The position numbers and the translations under genes were made by a program. A DNA stretch of 64,000 nucleotides from a virus (taxonomy: Duplodnaviria; Caudoviricetes): positions 6,905 to 70,904 of IMG/VR virus record IMGVR_UViG_3300006201_000013. One strand, written 5' to 3'. The notes beneath the pieces were generated by a model. It saw only the letters and a program-made list of their open reading frames with translations, ran no database searches and was not told the origin of the DNA. Of this stretch, positions 35,603 through 45,191 are shown piece by piece (position 1 is the stretch's first letter; each line of letters opens with the position of its first letter).

Positions 35603-35728
35603 TTTTACAAATCATCTCTTTATCCGCACTATCCAATGAAACTCCGCCGATGATTAAAACTTCTGGCAGCTCACTCCATATGAGCAGACCAGAAGCAGTA
35701 AATTTGCAGTGCGACATACTTAGTCTCC

Positions 35729-37165
35729 TTACGCCCTGCCCATCAGCTTCGCAAAGCGGTACAACACGGTGACGAATTGCTCTCTCGTGAGCACATCAGC
35801 CCACATATAGTTGGGTTCGCCATTGATTTCTGTGCCGTTGCCTGCAATCAGGCCGGTGGAAGTCGCCCAGGCACGGGCCTCCTCGCTGTACTTGCTGCTG
35901 TCATTGTCCTGAAGTTCCTTGCGCATCTCACCCCAGAGCTCCTTGAAACGTGCCACATCCATGTCGTCATCCTCCTCTTTGTTGGTATTCGCCCCCACCA
36001 GTAGAGCGGAGACATCATCACGCACAGTCTGCATACTCTTCCCGTACTTCGGGAGCCAGTGCAGAACGTCGCCATGATTGGAACCAAGGCCAAGCTGGTA
36101 GCTATCCTGGTGGCACAGAATAACTGGCACCCTGACACCGCTATATGTGACCGTGCCCTGCGGGTCAAGGTTGTAGAGCTTACACAGATAGGCTGTCAAC
36201 TCAACCGCTTCCCGGTAAACCTTTTCAAAGTAAACCGGGTCGCTCAGGTTATCCTCGCAGATTTCAAATTGAATCCAGCCATTGTTGCAGGAGCCCTTCT
36301 TGCCAGAGCCACAGCCCCATGCCTTCTTGTCCCAATCGCCAACCTGAACGGAAGCTACCTCGCCGCTGGCGAGCTTACCGACCCAAGCATGGACACCGGC
36401 CTCCCTGGAAATGTGGTTCCAGTCGTTCCCGCTCTTGTTCACGCCCAGCAGCTCCAACATCCTGGCTCGGTCTACGGCATTATCATCGGGCTGGACATAT
36501 CGTTTCAGATTGGGGTTATTTGCACCGGTGGAATGCCACAGCACACCCCGGATGGTGGTTTTCCCAGCTCCCTTATACCAGGAACTCTGCCGCATGAAAC
36601 ACTTCATGGGCGGGTTTGCGGAAGTATACTTCATCGTCCCGCCATCTCCTTTCTCCGCCGCCGCTCCGGCGAACTGGTTGTAATAGTTCTGTCCGTACCC
36701 AGCACGCTTCTGCTGGACAGCCGGGTCGTTCATCTTTGCCGGACGCTCAAACTGGAGCAGCACAGCGTCAGACGCCTCCCGCACGGATGTCGTAGTCATA
36801 AGCACCCCCAGGACGCTCTTGAAGCTCTCTGTAAGCTCTTTCATGAGGAACCTGAGCTGGGCATCAAGGTCTCCGATGGACGCTCCTATGGCCTTACAGA
36901 AGGAATACAAAGCCTGTTTCCGAGACCAATACGTCCACTGGCACAGGCCGTAGCCTGCGCTGTCCCGAACAAAGTTTGTGTATTTGCCGTTGTCTACAGC
37001 AGCGGTGTAGGTTACGTCTGTGTACCCGAGTTTCTTTTCATATGTGTTCTGGAGGTTCTTCGGATTGAGCCCACTCTCAGCAAACAGATTTCCCATCAGG
37101 CCAGCGACGCCAGCGTCGGTCATGCCTTGGGATTTCAGGAACCTCCAGATAGTAGCTTCGTTCAC
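35729..37165 (-). CDS. Endolysin: phage-lysozyme-2 domain + amidase-2 domain + SLH-like tail
   Basis: AGLMGNLFAESGLNP / GYGLCQWT / FERPA; WHSTGANN / IQFEICED / ILCHQD; TREQFVTVLYRF. Confidence 0.85.
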   Translation of the reverse strand: MNEATIWRFLKSQGMTDAGVAGLMGNLFAESGLNPKNLQNTYEKKLGYTDVTYTAAVDNGKYTNFVRDSAGYGLCQWTYWSRKQALYSFCKAIGASIGDLDAQLRFLMKELTESFKSVLGVLMTTTSVREASDAVLLQFERPAKMNDPAVQQKRAGYGQNYYNQFAGAAAEKGDGGTMKYTSANPPMKCFMRQSSWYKGAGKTTIRGVLWHSTGANNPNLKRYVQPDDNAVDRARMLELLGVNKSGNDWNHISREAGVHAWVGKLASGEVASVQVGDWDKKAWGCGSGKKGSCNNGWIQFEICEDNLSDPVYFEKVYREAVELTAYLCKLYNLDPQGTVTYSGVRVPVILCHQDSYQLGLGSNHGDVLHWLPKYGKSMQTVRDDVSALLVGANTNKEEDDDMDVARFKELWGEMRKELQDNDSSKYSEEARAWATSTGLIAGNGTEINGEPNYMWADVLTREQFVTVLYRFAKLMGRA

Positions 37166-37267
37166 GAAACCACCCCCTTATAAAACATCACTTTTATAAC
37201 CGCACATAGCAGATGGGAGCCGCCGTAATTGGCGAGCTCCCATTTTTTCTGCCCATTTCGGCCCTAT

Positions 37268-37732
37268 TTAGGAACGTGTTCTCCAGAGCGTGTAGCGAGG
37301 CTTTTCTCCGCCCTCAACGCCATACCGCATCCAGTCCAGCATCACAATGCCGACTGCCGCCAGTATCATCCACATCGCCAGGAACTGCGGGCACACCTGT
37401 CCCATGATGTTCCCAGGCATAGCGGAGTAATCCCATACGCCCATACCGAGCCACACATTGATAATGAGTCCGGCCACAAACTCAACCACTGTGATAGCAA
37501 CTCCGCACACAGCGGACTGTACCATCAACGGCATTTCCCATGGCAGCTCAGCTCCGAACCGTTCTAACGGCACCGCCAGAATAATAGCCAGCAAGAGCAT
37601 CGTCCAGCTAATCATCTCCGGTCTGCCGTGCGAGGTCTTCCATATGACCTCAATGAAGAAGTAGAGCGTGCCAGTCCAGACCCACAGGAGCACGCTCAGA
37701 AGCCACTTCCCGGCACGTTCTCTGTTCCCCAT
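37268..37732 (-). CDS. Multi-pass membrane protein (putative ABC-transporter-permease / TMEM229-like)
   Basis: GTLYFFIE..W, ITVVEFVAGLIIN.WLG..VWDYS.MPGNI.GQVCP.F. Confidence 0.7.
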   Translation of the reverse strand: MGNRERAGKWLLSVLLWVWTGTLYFFIEVIWKTSHGRPEMISWTMLLLAIILAVPLERFGAELPWEMPLMVQSAVCGVAITVVEFVAGLIINVWLGMGVWDYSAMPGNIMGQVCPQFLAMWMILAAVGIVMLDWMRYGVEGGEKPRYTLWRTRS

Positions 37733-37735
37733 ATG

Positions 37736-38314
37736 TTACCTCTCTTGACCGTTCAGACGGGCCACAATGGCCTCCATCTGCGCCTGTGCGACCGCCAGCT
37801 TCTCATTCATCTCAGCGGAATACTTTTTCGGAAGATTCATGCCATAAGTGACAGCGGAAATCTTCTCCACATCGGTCAGAGACTGCACATACGCCTTGAG
37901 AGCGTTGTGGTATGTGGTCTGGGAGGTGATAGCGGTCTGGGCCGCAATGTAGATTTGCGCGATTTCCAGAGCGGTGTAGATGCGGCACTTGCCGCCGTCC
38001 GCCTGATAGGGAAACTCAGTGCCGCCCAGCTCCACCACCCGGAACAGGTTGGCGATATTGCTCTGGTCTTTGATGTCCAGGTTGAAATGCTCCGTCTCAC
38101 CGTTCAGCTCGATGTCAACCCCCGCCTCGATAGCGGCGTTGCAGGCGGCGGAGATTTCCGCAACCTTGGCGTTGAGGATAACCGCAGTTGCGTTGTCCTC
38201 GCCCACAATCTCCACCACGTCGGTAACGGTCAGCCAGCCCTTTGCCACGGCGGACAGAAGACGCTGCGGGGCAAGTTCCCTGTTCTGATACAGATTTTTC
38301 AGTCTCTCTTTCAT
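37736..38314 (-). CDS. DUF4376-like tail-associated protein
   Basis: KVAEISAACNAAI..G.D, HFNL...DQ.NI, YQADG..CR.Y, TYHNALKAYV. Confidence 0.65.
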   Translation of the reverse strand: MKERLKNLYQNRELAPQRLLSAVAKGWLTVTDVVEIVGEDNATAVILNAKVAEISAACNAAIEAGVDIELNGETEHFNLDIKDQSNIANLFRVVELGGTEFPYQADGGKCRIYTALEIAQIYIAAQTAITSQTTYHNALKAYVQSLTDVEKISAVTYGMNLPKKYSAEMNEKLAVAQAQMEAIVARLNGQER

Positions 38315-38318
38315 ATCC

Positions 38319-38591
38319 TTAACCCTCCAGTGCGCTGATGAGCAGGCTGTCGATGATTCTCTGCTGTTCGGCGACCAGCGCTCCGCCGTCGAACTCAGAC
38401 ACAACCACCGTGTCCACTCCCTTAATTTCGTTGTGGCCAGCCAGATTGTAGGCCACGCTATTCAGAGCGACCCCGATGGCTTCGCTCTCAGTGGTGGGGG
38501 TATAATCCCCGCTCTCACCAATCTTGATGTAGACCACTTTGTCAACGGCCCCCAGGTTCGCCCCGGTGTTGATGTTCGTAATCCGATACAT
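38319..38591 (-). CDS. Small hypothetical protein
   Basis: AGAGGAGG RBS; co-oriented with its neighbours. Confidence 0.7.
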   Translation of the reverse strand: MYRITNINTGANLGAVDKVVYIKIGESGDYTPTTESEAIGVALNSVAYNLAGHNEIKGVDTVVVSEFDGGALVAEQQRIIDSLLISALEG

Positions 38592-38608
38592 TGTCTGTCC
38601 TCCTCTAC

Positions 38609-39016
38609 TTATGCTTTCGCTCCAACCAACTTGGCGATATGCCGGAGCACGCCAATGTCTGCGTTGAAGAACGCATGGTTCCAGAGCCAGTATTCGTCGT
38701 CATCAGCACGCTTATATGGCTGACAGGCCGGGTCGTTCCACACCCTGTCCCAGCGTTCCTGATGCGCCTCATCGCCCCTGCCGTTGGTCTTGGCAAGGGT
38801 TTTCATGATGGCCTGGGTCAGCCGCCCACGCTCCATCCCGTGCCCATCATCATTCCTGGTAAAGAACTGGTGGGCAGTCTCGCAATCCTCGTAACACACG
38901 ATGCCGTTATTGTAGATGATGATACCGTCCTCACACTCCAGCTCAGTCATAGCCGGGATGTTGACCGGGCCGCAGAGAACATCTTTCTTGAGACGCCTAT
39001 GCGCGATGTACTTCAT
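38609..39016 (-). CDS. Hypothetical protein downstream of the RT
   Basis: Start overlaps the 3' end of the RT gene. Confidence 0.7.
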   Translation of the reverse strand: MKYIAHRRLKKDVLCGPVNIPAMTELECEDGIIIYNNGIVCYEDCETAHQFFTRNDDGHGMERGRLTQAIMKTLAKTNGRGDEAHQERWDRVWNDPACQPYKRADDDEYWLWNHAFFNADIGVLRHIAKLVGAKA

Positions 39017-40166
39017 GGGTTTCTCCTCTCATTCTGAAATTCTCGATGCGCTCCGGCGAGAAGCCGAAGATGGCATAGAAAAGCCGCCGAAGTTTCAGAA
39101 CCCGGCGGTGGTCGTTGTAGCCTCCGAAGTAGGCCAATATTCCATTAACGGAAGTCCAGAGGTCTTCGTAGGTCATCTCGCCTCTTTCAATCTTACCGTA
39201 AAACGCTTTGATTTTCCTACGGGCCCGCTTGATTCCGTCACGGTTGCCGCACATGACAACCTTGCCAGTCTCGGTCAAAGTGAACTTAGCCTTGCAGTAT
39301 TTGAAGGGCTTGGTCAACGGAATAATCTTTGACTTTGCAACGCTCACCGTCAGCTTCAAGCTGGTCGCTTTGGCAACGACAAGCGCCATCACTTCTTTCG
39401 GGTCTTGCCCCGGAGGCACGATGATGTAATAGTCGTCCATGTAATGTCCGGCGCACTCCATACCAAGCTGACATTTGATGTAGTTGTCCAATGCAGATGG
39501 GAAGGCTATCATTTCAGCCTGGCTCGGCTCAACGCCAAGCGGCAGACCTTTGTCTCCCGGCACAGTCTTAATCACATCGTCGCCTATCTTCTTGATATCG
39601 GGATGTAGCAGTAGTTGCTCATGCCGTTTGAACAATTCCTCATGCGACACAGACGGGAAGAACTGCTTGAAGTCAATCAAGATGATATAGCCCTCACGGC
39701 CATAATGGCGGAAATGCCAACGCAAATCTTCTTTGAGTACCCGCTTGGAAAACTCAAATCCCTTTCCGGGTAGGCTGGCTCCATTGTTGTAAATCATACT
39801 CGGGCGGTATAATGGGAGCAAAACCTTTTGGGTGAAGACCTTATGGATTTGGCGGTCTTGGATTCTCGGTGCGTCGATGGGGCGTATTTTGCCTCGCTCA
39901 TGTAGTGTGAAATGAACATAGGGTGCTGGCTCCCATCTGTATTCCATCAAAAGCCTTCTTCTCTTAGCCGTCCCAGAAAACAGATGAAGCTCAAATCTCT
40001 GTGCGCTGTTCTTCCAGCGCACACCGTTACAGCATTGCTTCCCGGCCCGGTACATATCATTAAATCCAAACACATCTTGGATTCCGCCGACTTCAATGCT
40101 GCGCCGGATTCTCTGTTCAATTCTCTTGGCTACCCTCCTTTGGTAGCGTCCTTTTCGTCTTGACAT
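38997..40166 (-). CDS. DGR reverse transcriptase
   Basis: GKIRPI, DRQIHK, IDFKQFFPSV, GLPLGVEPSQ, YMDD; no intron maturase or endonuclease domain; adjacent to TR and avd. Confidence 0.95.
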   Translation of the reverse strand: MSRRKGRYQRRVAKRIEQRIRRSIEVGGIQDVFGFNDMYRAGKQCCNGVRWKNSAQRFELHLFSGTAKRRRLLMEYRWEPAPYVHFTLHERGKIRPIDAPRIQDRQIHKVFTQKVLLPLYRPSMIYNNGASLPGKGFEFSKRVLKEDLRWHFRHYGREGYIILIDFKQFFPSVSHEELFKRHEQLLLHPDIKKIGDDVIKTVPGDKGLPLGVEPSQAEMIAFPSALDNYIKCQLGMECAGHYMDDYYIIVPPGQDPKEVMALVVAKATSLKLTVSVAKSKIIPLTKPFKYCKAKFTLTETGKVVMCGNRDGIKRARRKIKAFYGKIERGEMTYEDLWTSVNGILAYFGGYNDHRRVLKLRRLFYAIFGFSPERIENFRMRGETHEVHRA

Positions 40167-40419
40167 AATAGTGTTGTTCGCCCTCCGTACAGATGTCTTG
40201 TAGGGTGCCGTCTAATCTGCTTGACCACTACACATGAAACGGGGTAAGGCACGTTGCCCGCCATGCACGCTACTGTTGTCCAGTGCGGCGTTCGTGCAGA
40301 GGTATCAGAGGGACAGTTTTGGACTTTCGTCACGGGAAGTGTTTCTCCTTTCGTAAAGGTCGTGTTTCACCCTACTTTGGGCTACTGTCTGTTGACCCAT
40401 AAGCCATTGCTGGCCTTAC

Positions 40420-40545
40420 GAAATCCGGGGCGAGCCCATTGGAATTACTCGCATTGTTGTTGTTCGCGTTGCCGTTCGTGTTCACATTGCAGAAGTTGTT
40501 GTTGTTGTTGTAATTAGGAGAACGCTCCCACCAAATCGCAGTGGA
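40420..40545 (-). repeat. DGR template repeat (TR)
   Basis: 126-nt ungapped match to 41301-41426; AAC-codon rich; all 19 differences are at TR adenines (coding strand). Confidence 0.97.
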
Positions 40546-40610
40546 CACGAGAGTGAGAAACTCCAACCGACAGGTTTTACAGAAGCACACCCATAAAAGT
40601 CAAAACTTAT

Positions 40611-41066
40611 TTACCTCCCTTTGTCGCTCTTGAGAACATTGGTCAACAGGCTATTTTCAATGTCAATGAGTTCACCGAGTTCCTGCGCCATATGCTCTAA
40701 CTTCTTCTTTGCATCCGATGAGTTGATGCTGTCGCCATTGGACTTTGTAAAACAGCCTGCGGGGTTCAACATCATCAGTTCATAGCAATGCGAAAGATGG
40801 ACATCGAGCGCCATGAGAGAGGCTCTCGACTCAAGAAGGTGCCGCTTGCGAAGCTCCTTCCGAGTTTCATCCGACGGATAAATGCTGTTAGCCTTTTCGG
40901 CCTCATCTACCACTTCGGACGCAAGCTCAGCTACGGAGTCCGCAACGAGCCTGGAGTATCGAGACGACAGCCTCGACAGGAAATTGATGGTCTGAACGTA
41001 GATTTTGTTTGCCGTGTTCACATATTCGGCTCGACTTTCAGACCTGTGGGCTTTGAGAACTGACAT
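40611..41066 (-). CDS. avd: DGR accessory variability determinant (Avd, four-helix bundle)
   Basis: 151-aa helical protein beginning MSVLKAHRSES, located between the target gene and TR. Confidence 0.8.
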   Translation of the reverse strand: MSVLKAHRSESRAEYVNTANKIYVQTINFLSRLSSRYSRLVADSVAELASEVVDEAEKANSIYPSDETRKELRKRHLLESRASLMALDVHLSHCYELMMLNPAGCFTKSNGDSINSSDAKKKLEHMAQELGELIDIENSLLTNVLKSDKGR

Positions 41067-41255
41067 GAGACACATCCTTTCATTCAATTTTCGTTCTGGA
41101 CGAATTTACCCCTCCTACAATCAGCACAAGAGGGCACCCCTTACCACAAAGGGGGTACCCTCCTGCGCTCATAGATTGTATAGGGGAGGGGGATGGGGCC
41201 CATCCCTAACCGCAAAGGGGGTACCCTCCCTTATTAGCCGACATTGTTTGAACCC

Positions 41256-41271
41256 GCTCACTTCCGTGAGC
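41256..41271 (-). other. DGR homing hairpin candidate downstream of VR
   Basis: Minus strand GCTCAC-GGAA-GTGAGC, about 20 nt after the target stop codon. Confidence 0.6.
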
Positions 41272-41291
41272 TCGCTTCTTTTGATTCAGGA

Positions 41292-43409
41292 TTAGACCAT
41301 GAAAGCCGGGGCGAGCCCACGGGAAATACTCGCACTGGTGTAGTTCGCGCCGCCGCCCGTGGTCACAAAGCAGAAGCTGATGTTGGTGTAGTAATAAGGA
41401 GAACGCTCCCACCAAATCGCAGTGGAGCCCGTGGAGCTGTGGCGGTACTTGACCTTGCTGTTTCCAGACTTGTAGTAGTCATACTGCACCTGGGAGTTCT
41501 GCTCGTACTGGTTCGCATAGCTACGAGTGCCGAAAATCTCAAATTCGGCCAGAAGCGGGAGATAATCGACAGATGCTGTGACGTTTCCAGCGACATTGGA
41601 GCTGTTACCCACGCTGTCCGTGTACTTGGTAATGGGCTTCATCACCGCACGCAGGTCGGAGGGCAACGCAGCCATCAGAGTGTTCGCCACAGGGCTGGTA
41701 GCCGTGTTGGTAGGGGCGTCGTATCCAACAACGGAGGTTGTCTTCTGTGCGCCGTACCCGCTCGGTGCCTTGTTCGTCGAACCAAGGATGTCGTAACGCA
41801 TATCGCAAGCCTTCCAGCCGCCATAGTTGGTGTTGTAGTTGCTGGAGGTGCCCCAGTGGTTCATCTGGAAATACTTCGTGCCATTGTAGCTCTGGTAGCT
41901 ACCATAGTAGCTGTCAATCAGGCACACATCGGCTCCGTTGGTCAGCGCAGACTTGAACGTACCGAAGTGGATACCGGCGCCCTCCTTGGCACTGTTGTGG
42001 TTGAAGCCCAGGATGTAGACATACAGTGTAGTGTTGACAGCCAGCGTTCCCACAGTGCCTTTTACCAGGACGCCCTTCCGGTCGCCAACATTCCAATACT
42101 CGCTGCCCTTGCCAGCGTCGGAGACCTGCCGGATTTCAGCCCAGGTCTGGTCATTCAACGCCTTCTTGGTTGGCATAAACTGGGCGGTCACAGCCACAGT
42201 CTTATTGGCAGGAGCGGTATGATTGGTGCCAGCCGCCACCTTGATGGTGATAGTAGCGGTGCCAGTAGTCTGGTTGACGTGCTTGATGGTCACAGTTGTA
42301 CCAGAGACAGACACGGTTGCCACGCTGATATTGCTGGAAGTAGCGGTAACAGCGCCGTCGCCGGGGCGTGTAACGGTCACTGTCTTTGTCAGATTGGATG
42401 CGTTCAACGTTACAGAGCTTGCGCTCAGGGTCATGCTACCAGCGGCCTTGCCGATGCTCCAGGACACGGTCTTGTCCGTGGTAGAGCCATCAGACCACAT
42501 ATAATCAGCTTTGGGAGTGAAGGTAGCGTTGTAGCTGGTGGCATTGGTGCCAGTGGTCGTACCGCCCAGGGTAAGCTGTGCGCTGTTGTAGTTGCTCCAG
42601 GATGGAGTCTGGGAGTTCCCGTTGTAGGTCAGCGTACCGCTCTGAGCGGGAACGTTTGAAATTGTGATTTTGTTCGCAACGCCAGTCTTACGGTTGGCGG
42701 CGTTGGTGTTCGCCTTGCCGTCAGTGGACATGGGGAACAGGGAGACGTAATAGGTCGTCCCGTTGGTCAGCCCGGTCGCAACCAGAGGATTGGCCGCATA
42801 GGCGTTGCGGGTCGTGCTGGTGAAGGTGTAGGCTGTGTCAGGGTCGGTGGGAGAGGTGGCATAGCCGCCAGCCTTCACGACCACAACGGTGGATGCCCAG
42901 GTTGCCAGAGTCACGCCGTCGTTGACGACCGTAGCGGCAGGGTCAGTCCACTTGATGGACAGCTTGCCGTTACCGGCAGCCGCCAGCGTAATGCCGGACA
43001 CATCGCCCACGGCCACGGCCACGGCGTTGGGGGTGGCGGAGAACTCGTCCTCTGTGCTGTCTGTGTATGTATTCGAGGTGGAATACGGGAACAGCTTGTA
43101 GAAATACTCGACCCCGTTTGTCAGCCCGCTGTCGCAGAAATAGGCGGCCTTATACTTGTCTCGCTCTTTGCTGTCAAGGACGATGGTGCCGTCTCTGCGG
43201 CTGGTGGGCTTGGAGCCCGCCTTGCGGACAAGCACAGTACCAGCCCAGGTCGCCAGCGTTGCATCGCCGACTACCATATCCTCCGGGTCAGTCCACTTCA
43301 CATAGACCTTACCGGATGCCGTAAGCACCTTGATATTGCTGGCAGCCGCCAAGGCCAGACCGCCGCCGCCACTGCCGCTCCCGCCAGGGAAGTTAGAAAT
43401 AATAGGCAT
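41292..43409 (-). CDS. DGR target: tail fibre / receptor-binding protein (2 FN3-like + Ig-like + DUF6273/CLec-type C-terminus)
   Basis: Duplicated KWTDP...TLATWA..GLTNG module; Thr/Ser-rich Ig-like region; WAEIRQVS and WWERSP C-terminal domain containing VR. Confidence 0.88.
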   Translation of the reverse strand: MPIISNFPGGSGSGGGGLALAAASNIKVLTASGKVYVKWTDPEDMVVGDATLATWAGTVLVRKAGSKPTSRRDGTIVLDSKERDKYKAAYFCDSGLTNGVEYFYKLFPYSTSNTYTDSTEDEFSATPNAVAVAVGDVSGITLAAAGNGKLSIKWTDPAATVVNDGVTLATWASTVVVVKAGGYATSPTDPDTAYTFTSTTRNAYAANPLVATGLTNGTTYYVSLFPMSTDGKANTNAANRKTGVANKITISNVPAQSGTLTYNGNSQTPSWSNYNSAQLTLGGTTTGTNATSYNATFTPKADYMWSDGSTTDKTVSWSIGKAAGSMTLSASSVTLNASNLTKTVTVTRPGDGAVTATSSNISVATVSVSGTTVTIKHVNQTTGTATITIKVAAGTNHTAPANKTVAVTAQFMPTKKALNDQTWAEIRQVSDAGKGSEYWNVGDRKGVLVKGTVGTLAVNTTLYVYILGFNHNSAKEGAGIHFGTFKSALTNGADVCLIDSYYGSYQSYNGTKYFQMNHWGTSSNYNTNYGGWKACDMRYDILGSTNKAPSGYGAQKTTSVVGYDAPTNTATSPVANTLMAALPSDLRAVMKPITKYTDSVGNSSNVAGNVTASVDYLPLLAEFEIFGTRSYANQYEQNSQVQYDYYKSGNSKVKYRHSSTGSTAIWWERSPYYYTNISFCFVTTGGGANYTSASISRGLAPAFMV
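41301..41426 (-). repeat. DGR variable repeat (VR)
   Basis: Encodes the C-terminal TAIWWERSPYYYTNISFCFVTTGGGANYTSASISRGLAPAF of the tail-fibre gene. Confidence 0.97.
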
Positions 43410-43424
43410 ACTTTGTTCCTCCTT

Positions 43425-43829
43425 TTACCCGAGAAGAATGAGTACAACTGGGATGTTGCACGGGGGCGTCTCGCCATCCGATGCAATCGTCAGCGCCCCT
43501 TCTTTCTGTTCATTGATGTAAAGACCCGCCGCCCGAACAGCTTCCAGCTCTTCTGCTGTAAGATTCTGCGCAGCGCCGATAACGCCGTTCTGTTCCACGG
43601 TCAGTCCTTCAATCAAAAGCTCCTGCGTAAAGATGGTGCCTTCGTTCACCCACTTATCCGCATAGAGCGTAATGGTAATCGCCCGGCTGTTGTCGGCCTT
43701 CTCAGACAGCACGGTGTCGATTTTTTTCATAGCTGAATCGCCGGGGCCGTTGATGGAGTTTCTCCAATCAAGGAACCTCGTCTGGTCATCATCCGTCAAA
43801 GGCAGATGATAATTTGTGGTTTCGCTCAC
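43425..43829 (-). CDS. Small tail-fibre-associated protein
   Basis: C-terminal module GLT..QNGVIG...GLY..EQ.EG.L.IA..G.TPPC.IPVV.ILL shared with the next gene. Confidence 0.75.
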   Translation of the reverse strand: MSETTNYHLPLTDDDQTRFLDWRNSINGPGDSAMKKIDTVLSEKADNSRAITITLYADKWVNEGTIFTQELLIEGLTVEQNGVIGAAQNLTAEELEAVRAAGLYINEQKEGALTIASDGETPPCNIPVVLILLG

Positions 43830-43845
43830 GGCTCACCACCTCCTT

Positions 43846-44274
43846 TTAATCAAGCAGAATCACCACGACCGGAATGTCACAAGGCGGCGTGTCTCCGCTT
43901 AGGGCAATCATCAGATACCCTTCGCCCTGTTCGCAGACGTACAGTCCACCATTCCCGCAGGCCAGCAACTGTTCGTCTGTGATGTCGTGAGTGACGCCGA
44001 TGACACCATTCTGATTTGCAGTAAGCCCATCGACGCTAAGCCTCTGCTGGCTGTTCTCCCATGCGTTGGCACGCAGCGTGCCGTAGACAGCGTTGCTTGC
44101 GCCGCCCCCAGAGCCTGGGGACTTCACACGCACACGCCTCTGCTCTCCATCGACCTCGCAGTCAATGTAAAACCCACCGTTGTCCGGGGTGAAGTACGCC
44201 CACCCATCGTGGAACGGCGTAACATCCAGGGAAATCCTTGAACTGTCTCCCTTCAGTGGTTTGAACAAACTCAT
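43846..44274 (-). CDS. Small tail-fibre-associated protein, paralog of 43425-43829
   Basis: Same C-terminal module; N-terminus G.AYFT.D.G.FYID. Confidence 0.75.
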   Translation of the reverse strand: MSLFKPLKGDSSRISLDVTPFHDGWAYFTPDNGGFYIDCEVDGEQRRVRVKSPGSGGGASNAVYGTLRANAWENSQQRLSVDGLTANQNGVIGVTHDITDEQLLACGNGGLYVCEQGEGYLMIALSGDTPPCDIPVVVILLD

Positions 44275-44360
44275 TAAAACCCTCCTCATCTTGAGTCCGA
44301 GTATGAGAAGAGGGGCAGGCCCGCAGGCCCACCCCTCTATTCGCTATTGGTTGTTTGGAA

Positions 44361-45191
44361 TTAGAACGTGCCCCAGGTCAGCGCCTCGTCGGAATACTCC
44401 TGGATATACGCTACAACATCGGTTGCGGTAACGCCCTCGGGCAGAGTGCCCACCAGAGCTGCCAGGTCGGTAATCGCCTTGTTCATAGCGGTGGCATCTT
44501 CGGGATGCGCCTGAATCCATGCGGCAATCTCAGCCAGGGTATCCAGAGACTCCTTGGCGTTTTCTGGGATGAGCTGTTTCGCCAACTCCTCGTTGGCAAT
44601 GGCACGGGCCGACTTATCAGTATCGTCGCCAATCAGTGTGCCAATCTTGGTTTCGGCGGTAGTCACACGTCCGGTTAGAGTCTCCAGAGCGGTGTCGGTG
44701 GCAATACCGTCGGTCTTCTTGTCCACATACGCTTTGACGGTGGCGAAGGTCTCATCGCCAATCTTCAGCTCGCCCACTTTGGCCGCAATCTTGGCGTCCA
44801 CGTCGCCAGCAGTGGTGAAAGCTGCGGTCTTGGTAAAGGTCAGCTTGCGGGTAGCGGGGTCATAGGTCACACCGTCCAGGGCATTTCCATCGCCAGTGAC
44901 CTCAACGCTGGTGGCGCCGGTATCCAGGTTAATCTGGACATACTTGGTGCCGTCCCATTTGGCGAGGCAATTCAGCTCTGTCACATAGTACAGAGCGGTG
45001 GTGCTGGGATTGGAGTTAGCCTGCAGTGCGGTCAGTGTGGCAAACTCCTGAAAATCACCAATGCGAACACGGGTAGTGCCATCCACATCCAGATACAGCG
45101 CCCGTTCGTCCGTGGTGATATAGAAAGTGCCCTCAGCAATAGCAGCAGGCAGATTAGCCAGCAAGCCCTTCTTAAAAGCAACTTTTGCCAT
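44361..45191 (-). CDS. Tail-fibre-like protein
   Basis: N-terminal FKKG...EGTFYITTDERALYLD, repeated internally; coiled-coil C-terminus. Confidence 0.7.
   Translation of the reverse strand: MAKVAFKKGLLANLPAAIAEGTFYITTDERALYLDVDGTTRVRIGDFQEFATLTALQANSNPSTTALYYVTELNCLAKWDGTKYVQINLDTGATSVEVTGDGNALDGVTYDPATRKLTFTKTAAFTTAGDVDAKIAAKVGELKIGDETFATVKAYVDKKTDGIATDTALETLTGRVTTAETKIGTLIGDDTDKSARAIANEELAKQLIPENAKESLDTLAEIAAWIQAHPEDATAMNKAITDLAALVGTLPEGVTATDVVAYIQEYSDEALTWGTF

Larger units (their letters stand above)
37736..43409 (-). mobile_element. Diversity-generating retroelement locus (target-VR, avd, TR, RT) with downstream genes
   Basis: All canonical components are present and co-oriented. Confidence 0.9.

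Noticed and set aside
38997-40166. RT as group II intron, retron or Abi RT
   Set aside because: No maturase/endonuclease extension or intron ends; the adjacent TR/VR pair and Avd explain it fully.
40372-40590. 72-aa Asn-rich ORF and (GTT)n microsatellite-like run
   Set aside because: It is the DGR template repeat read in frame; the AAC codons are the mutagenesis template, not a protein or a simple repeat.
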